The position numbers and the translations under genes are program-made. Positions 60,527 through 64,000 of a DNA stretch of 64,000 bases are shown here, piece after piece (the first letter of the stretch is position 1; every line of letters begins with the position of its first letter). Location: NCBI GenBank assembly GCA_963664705.1, contig OY761556.1, forward strand, positions 4,768,001 through 4,832,000, read 5' to 3'. The notes below the pieces were generated by a model. That model made no database searches and was not told where the DNA came from. It worked only from the letters and a program-made list of their open reading frames with translations. Origin of the DNA: Acidobacteriota bacterium (GTDB lineage Bacteria; Acidobacteriota; UBA6911).

Positions 60527-60956
60527 CTGGGAGCGTCGGCGTCTCGCCGGCAAGAGCAAAGCTGCATCCGCCACAGCCGTTGCCGCCAGGACGGCTAATG
60601 ACGCATACTATTTGCCCGAGGAAGCCGGAAGCGCGATGCACCTCCGCCCCAGCGGGGCGGTCAGAACGTAGCCGGGGGTGAAGCGAAGCGAACCCCCGGA
60701 TAGCATGAAATTTAAAGGAGCCCCGGAGGGGGCGAAAGATATTTTCGTTCCTCTACATAACCTAAAGCTGAACATTGGATCGGGGCTCACCGTTTCTGCC
60801 GCCCTGCCAGGGCTCTTTCCCGCACTTATCTCTACCGGGGGTTCGCTGCGCTTCACCCCCGGCTACTTTCTGGCCGGCCCTCCGGGCCTTTTGCTTCACT
60901 CGCGTCGCAGGGCTTAGAACAAATAACAGGCAGCATTGGCCGTCTCGCCGGCAAGC
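60527..60956. repeat. Composite REP-like element with an inverted pair of hairpins
   Basis: CCGGGGGTGAAGCGAAGCGAACCCCCGG (60672) and CCGGGGGTTCGCTGCGCTTCACCCCCGG (60835), flanked by CGTCTCGCCGGCAAG at both ends. Confidence 0.82.
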
Positions 60957-60990
60957 GTGCGGCTACTTCCATGGCGCTGATGCCGGTTTG

Positions 60991-62676
60991 CTAATCCGCG
61001 AGCGCCGCAAGCTCCTGCGGGCTCAGTTGCCTCCGTATTTGAGCCTGACCATTCTTGGCCTTCGGGACTGCCAGGAACGATTCCTTGCTCAAAACCTCCT
61101 GCAAACGGCAGAAGTGCCAGTTCGGATCTGCCGGCGTCCAGCTCCCGCTCTTGTAGTTCGCACAACTGTCGGGCTTGGTCAGCGGATATTCTTCCAGCGG
61201 ATCATCCACCAGGTTGTAGAACGTACAGCTTGCCGTATCCGCGTTATCAATACAGAGAACCTTGTATTTCAAATTTCTTGCCCCGGCCTGACGCTGATTA
61301 TTCATAATGGGGTTTACCGTCTCGGTCAGCAGATACCCTTTATTGGGATCGCGCAGGCCTTTTGCATTCTTGAACAGTATGGGCGTAAGGGAGATGCCGT
61401 CGACCGCCACGGTGCCATCACCCGTCTTGTTGGGAACCATCTTGGGTACATCGAGGCGCGCCAGCTCCAGGATGGTGGAAAACAGATCCACGCCATGGAT
61501 GGGTTCATTGCTTTCCGATCCGGCCTTGATGCGCGGGCCGCGGATTGCCATGGAAACACGGGCTCCGCTTTCGTAGGCCGTGCCCTTGCTGCGTCCCCTC
61601 CGTGTAATATACATATTGTCGATGAACTCCCGCTTCTCGCCGAACATCCAGGTACCGTTGTCTCCAAGATAGATGACGTACGTATTCGGATCCTGCTTGT
61701 CGACCACATCGAGCACTTTGCTGATGATGGTATCCATCGAATTGGTCATCGCTCTCATGAGCGCTTCTGATGTGCACTTGCCGACGATCGCCGAACCGAA
61801 AGTACCACCGCAGGCTTTCATCTCCTTGATGGATATCTCATCCATCGTATCAATGTTCGGTACGACCATCGGATTCGGGAGCTGATTGCCCGTGATATGG
61901 GAAAGATTGAACGCCAGCCAGACGAACCATGGCTTGTCGGGGTTCTTCGATTTTTGGTCAGTGATCCATTTGATGGCATCCGCGGCATTCACCACGGGAG
62001 CATACGTAGTAGGCGCCACGCCGGGGATCGATCGAACCGGAGGTTTCTCGGTACGCCATTCGCTTGCCGGAGTCGTGCTATCCTGGCTCTGATAGTCCCA
62101 GTCCCAATAGGTGGCGACGCCACCGTGGAGGTTGCCCTGGAAGAGATCGAAGCCCGCCTCTTTGGGCTTCATGCCCGGATATTGACCCAGGCCTGCCATG
62201 TGATATTTGCCGAACAGCGCCGTGCTGTAGCCCCCTTTTTCCTTCAAGTCCTTAACGAAGGAATGGTGGTTCTGCGACAGCCAGTTGTTGTAGTCCAGCA
62301 CGCCTGTCTTGGCAGAATAGAGCCCGGTAAGAATAGAGGTGCGGGTGGGAGAGCAAAACGGGTTGACCCAGGCCTGGGTAAATCTCATGCCCGACCGCGC
62401 AAGGGAGTTGAGCGTTGGGGTAGATGCCGGGCGGCCCTTGATCATTTGATAATTGGGGTGATTACGCCCTGACGGCCCATATTGCTTGACCAGGCGGTCG
62501 ATCAAGCCCGGGTACATATCACTGGTCACATCGATGCCGATATCGTCACCGATGATCATCAGGATGTTGGGACGTGAGGCAGTACCGGTCTTCCCCTTTG
62601 TCTCCTTTGCAACGGACGGAGAAATACAGAGAAATACTGCCGCCAATATCAACACCGCTTTTGCCATTGATTTCAT
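60991..62676 (-). CDS. Secreted sulfatase-like hydrolase (Cys-type)
   Basis: Signal peptide, RPNILMIIGDDIG, CSPTR formylglycine motif, GKYH, LGDNG, KGTAYESG, FYNLVDDPLE. Confidence 0.92.
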   Translation of the reverse strand: MKSMAKAVLILAAVFLCISPSVAKETKGKTGTASRPNILMIIGDDIGIDVTSDMYPGLIDRLVKQYGPSGRNHPNYQMIKGRPASTPTLNSLARSGMRFTQAWVNPFCSPTRTSILTGLYSAKTGVLDYNNWLSQNHHSFVKDLKEKGGYSTALFGKYHMAGLGQYPGMKPKEAGFDLFQGNLHGGVATYWDWDYQSQDSTTPASEWRTEKPPVRSIPGVAPTTYAPVVNAADAIKWITDQKSKNPDKPWFVWLAFNLSHITGNQLPNPMVVPNIDTMDEISIKEMKACGGTFGSAIVGKCTSEALMRAMTNSMDTIISKVLDVVDKQDPNTYVIYLGDNGTWMFGEKREFIDNMYITRRGRSKGTAYESGARVSMAIRGPRIKAGSESNEPIHGVDLFSTILELARLDVPKMVPNKTGDGTVAVDGISLTPILFKNAKGLRDPNKGYLLTETVNPIMNNQRQAGARNLKYKVLCIDNADTASCTFYNLVDDPLEEYPLTKPDSCANYKSGSWTPADPNWHFCRLQEVLSKESFLAVPKAKNGQAQIRRQLSPQELAALAD

Positions 62677-62763
62677 AGGATCAACCCCTCCTCCTCTTGC
62701 CAGCCATCCAAGTGTCTCTATTTTGAAACACTGACTCGTATTTTATCCTCGATTTATCCAGCC

Positions 62764-63873
62764 TTATGCAAGACAAATCTGTGCGGCATCGACTTCGATT
62801 TCAAAAAAGAGATCCTGGCGGCAAACGTCGGCGTGCGATACGGCCATGGGGAAAGGCGGAATGCCAAGTTCGATGGCCACTCGACGGTAAATCGGCAGGT
62901 GATCCATATTTTTGAAATAGACGATCCCACGGCAGAGGTCGTTCCATCGCATTCCCCTTGAATCGAGAATAGCGCGCACCGCCTCCATCGTCAGCCGAAT
63001 CTGCTTTTCCGGTTCATTCGGATAAGCGCTTCTGCCATCGGGCGCGATGCTGGCCGTCCCCGAAATAAGCAGATTCCGATAGGTCGAGCCCCCCAATTCA
63101 ATGGCACGGCTGAATGAGCTCTTATATTCCAGCGCAGGTTTTTGCAGCGGCGAAGCGATGGTCTGCACCAGAAATTCGGAGTTCTTCGGCTGAACTGCAA
63201 AAATGCTCATGGTAATGGCGGCGCCGAACGGATTTCCGGCGCCAATTCCCGTGCTGGCGGGAACGATATGATTGAAGACCCCGATTTCATTGAAGAATGC
63301 GGTGCGAATAAAATTGAAGTCATCGTACCACTCGAGCAGATGGTCGAGGTATATCCACGTCCGCACCGTATCCGCGAAGCTGAAGCCGTTCTGTTTCAGA
63401 ATGGCGGCGGCGCTTTCAAAAACAGATCGCGCCTGCGCACCACGCGAAGCCATCAGATCCGTGGGAAGCAATCCGCATAAATGGCAATAGCGGGCGCCGT
63501 CGTCCTCATAGATGAACCCGAGGGTACGTCGGGCGGACTGAATAGGAAAAGGAATGATGCCGGAGAGTGCCACGGCCTGCATGGAATGAAAATCCCCATC
63601 CCTGCAGGCGTCTCCCTGCAGCCAGGCTATCGGCCACGCGGAAGCATCCTCCACAATCGGGTCGGAATACAACGGGTTTCCGGCAAAAGCAAAGCTACTG
63701 AGAACCACCGCATTCCGCTTCTGCGCCACAGCATGAATCACGTGGCTCGGGTTCTCCGCCGACTTCGCATTCACGGTAATATAATGTACGGAATGAGTCG
63801 GGAGCCGCAGCGTAGCAATCTCCGCCGCCTCTGCTGTTTTGACAACCTCCGCTTTCAATAACGATCCTTCCAA
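62764..63873 (-). CDS. RidA/YjgF-superfamily double-domain protein (chorismatase FkbO/Hyg5-like)
   Basis: DTVRTWIYL...FNFIRTAFF...PASTGIG, SFSRA, LISGTASI, DVCRQDLFFEIEVDA. Confidence 0.8.
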   Translation of the reverse strand: MEGSLLKAEVVKTAEAAEIATLRLPTHSVHYITVNAKSAENPSHVIHAVAQKRNAVVLSSFAFAGNPLYSDPIVEDASAWPIAWLQGDACRDGDFHSMQAVALSGIIPFPIQSARRTLGFIYEDDGARYCHLCGLLPTDLMASRGAQARSVFESAAAILKQNGFSFADTVRTWIYLDHLLEWYDDFNFIRTAFFNEIGVFNHIVPASTGIGAGNPFGAAITMSIFAVQPKNSEFLVQTIASPLQKPALEYKSSFSRAIELGGSTYRNLLISGTASIAPDGRSAYPNEPEKQIRLTMEAVRAILDSRGMRWNDLCRGIVYFKNMDHLPIYRRVAIELGIPPFPMAVSHADVCRQDLFFEIEVDAAQICLA

Positions 63874-63924
63874 ACCTGTTCGTCTGGTCTACCAGGTAAC
63901 AAAATCCGCAGCCATTGGATCGAT

Positions 63925-64000
63925 CTATTTCTTGTCTACTGCAAGAAACGAATCCTTGGCTACAACCTCCGTCAGCCGGCAGTAGTGCCATCGCGGATCC
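63925..64000 (-). CDS. C-terminal end of a second sulfatase paralog (partial)
   Basis: Minus-strand frame DPRWHYCRLTEVVAKDSFLAVDKK* aligns with DPNWHFCRLQEVLSKESFLAVPK of the 60991-62676 sulfatase. Confidence 0.8.
   Translation of the reverse strand, partial: DPRWHYCRLTEVVAKDSFLAVDKK

Noticed and set aside
60608-61770. ORFs starting MKRSEPP and the 331-aa plus-strand ORF
   Set aside because: They arise from REP hairpin sequence and from the antisense strand of the sulfatase.
63695-63991. 98-aa minus-strand ORF at the window end
   Set aside because: A different frame matches the sulfatase C-terminus, which explains this DNA better.

Overview
Gene-dense 64-kb bacterial chromosomal segment, most likely from an anaerobic or facultative member of the Acidobacteriota (inferred from a TIGR03435-family protein, an Acidobacteria-type CarboxypepD_reg/TonB-dependent receptor and GC-rich REP-like repeats). 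No rRNA, tRNA, CRISPR array or transposase was seen. Left to right: partial TonB-dependent receptor, Pro-rich hypothetical protein, pyruvate kinase, Tat-exported flavoprotein, TolC-RND-MFP efflux operon, small basic proteins, Uup and an MBL hydrolase. Next is a ~21-kb signalling island with kaiB, crp, kaiC, kaiB and a Kai-linked hybrid kinase, then cheR with a methyl-accepting coiled-coil kinase, a double-core kinase and a six-PAS kinase. A tungsten-type aldehyde:ferredoxin oxidoreductase cluster and an EF-hand protein follow. The standout locus is a four-gene operon encoding a TPR protein, a 43-heme cytochrome c built from 12 tandem tri-heme repeats, a probable outer-membrane beta-barrel and a secreted protein; it is a candidate porin-cytochrome conduit or single-chain nanowire. 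The window ends with a sigma54 two-component system flanked by two DUF2202 genes sharing upstream motifs, a Cys-rich PAS/GAF kinase and a sulfatase/RidA-like/sulfatase cluster. All family calls come from motif recognition by eye, not from database searches.
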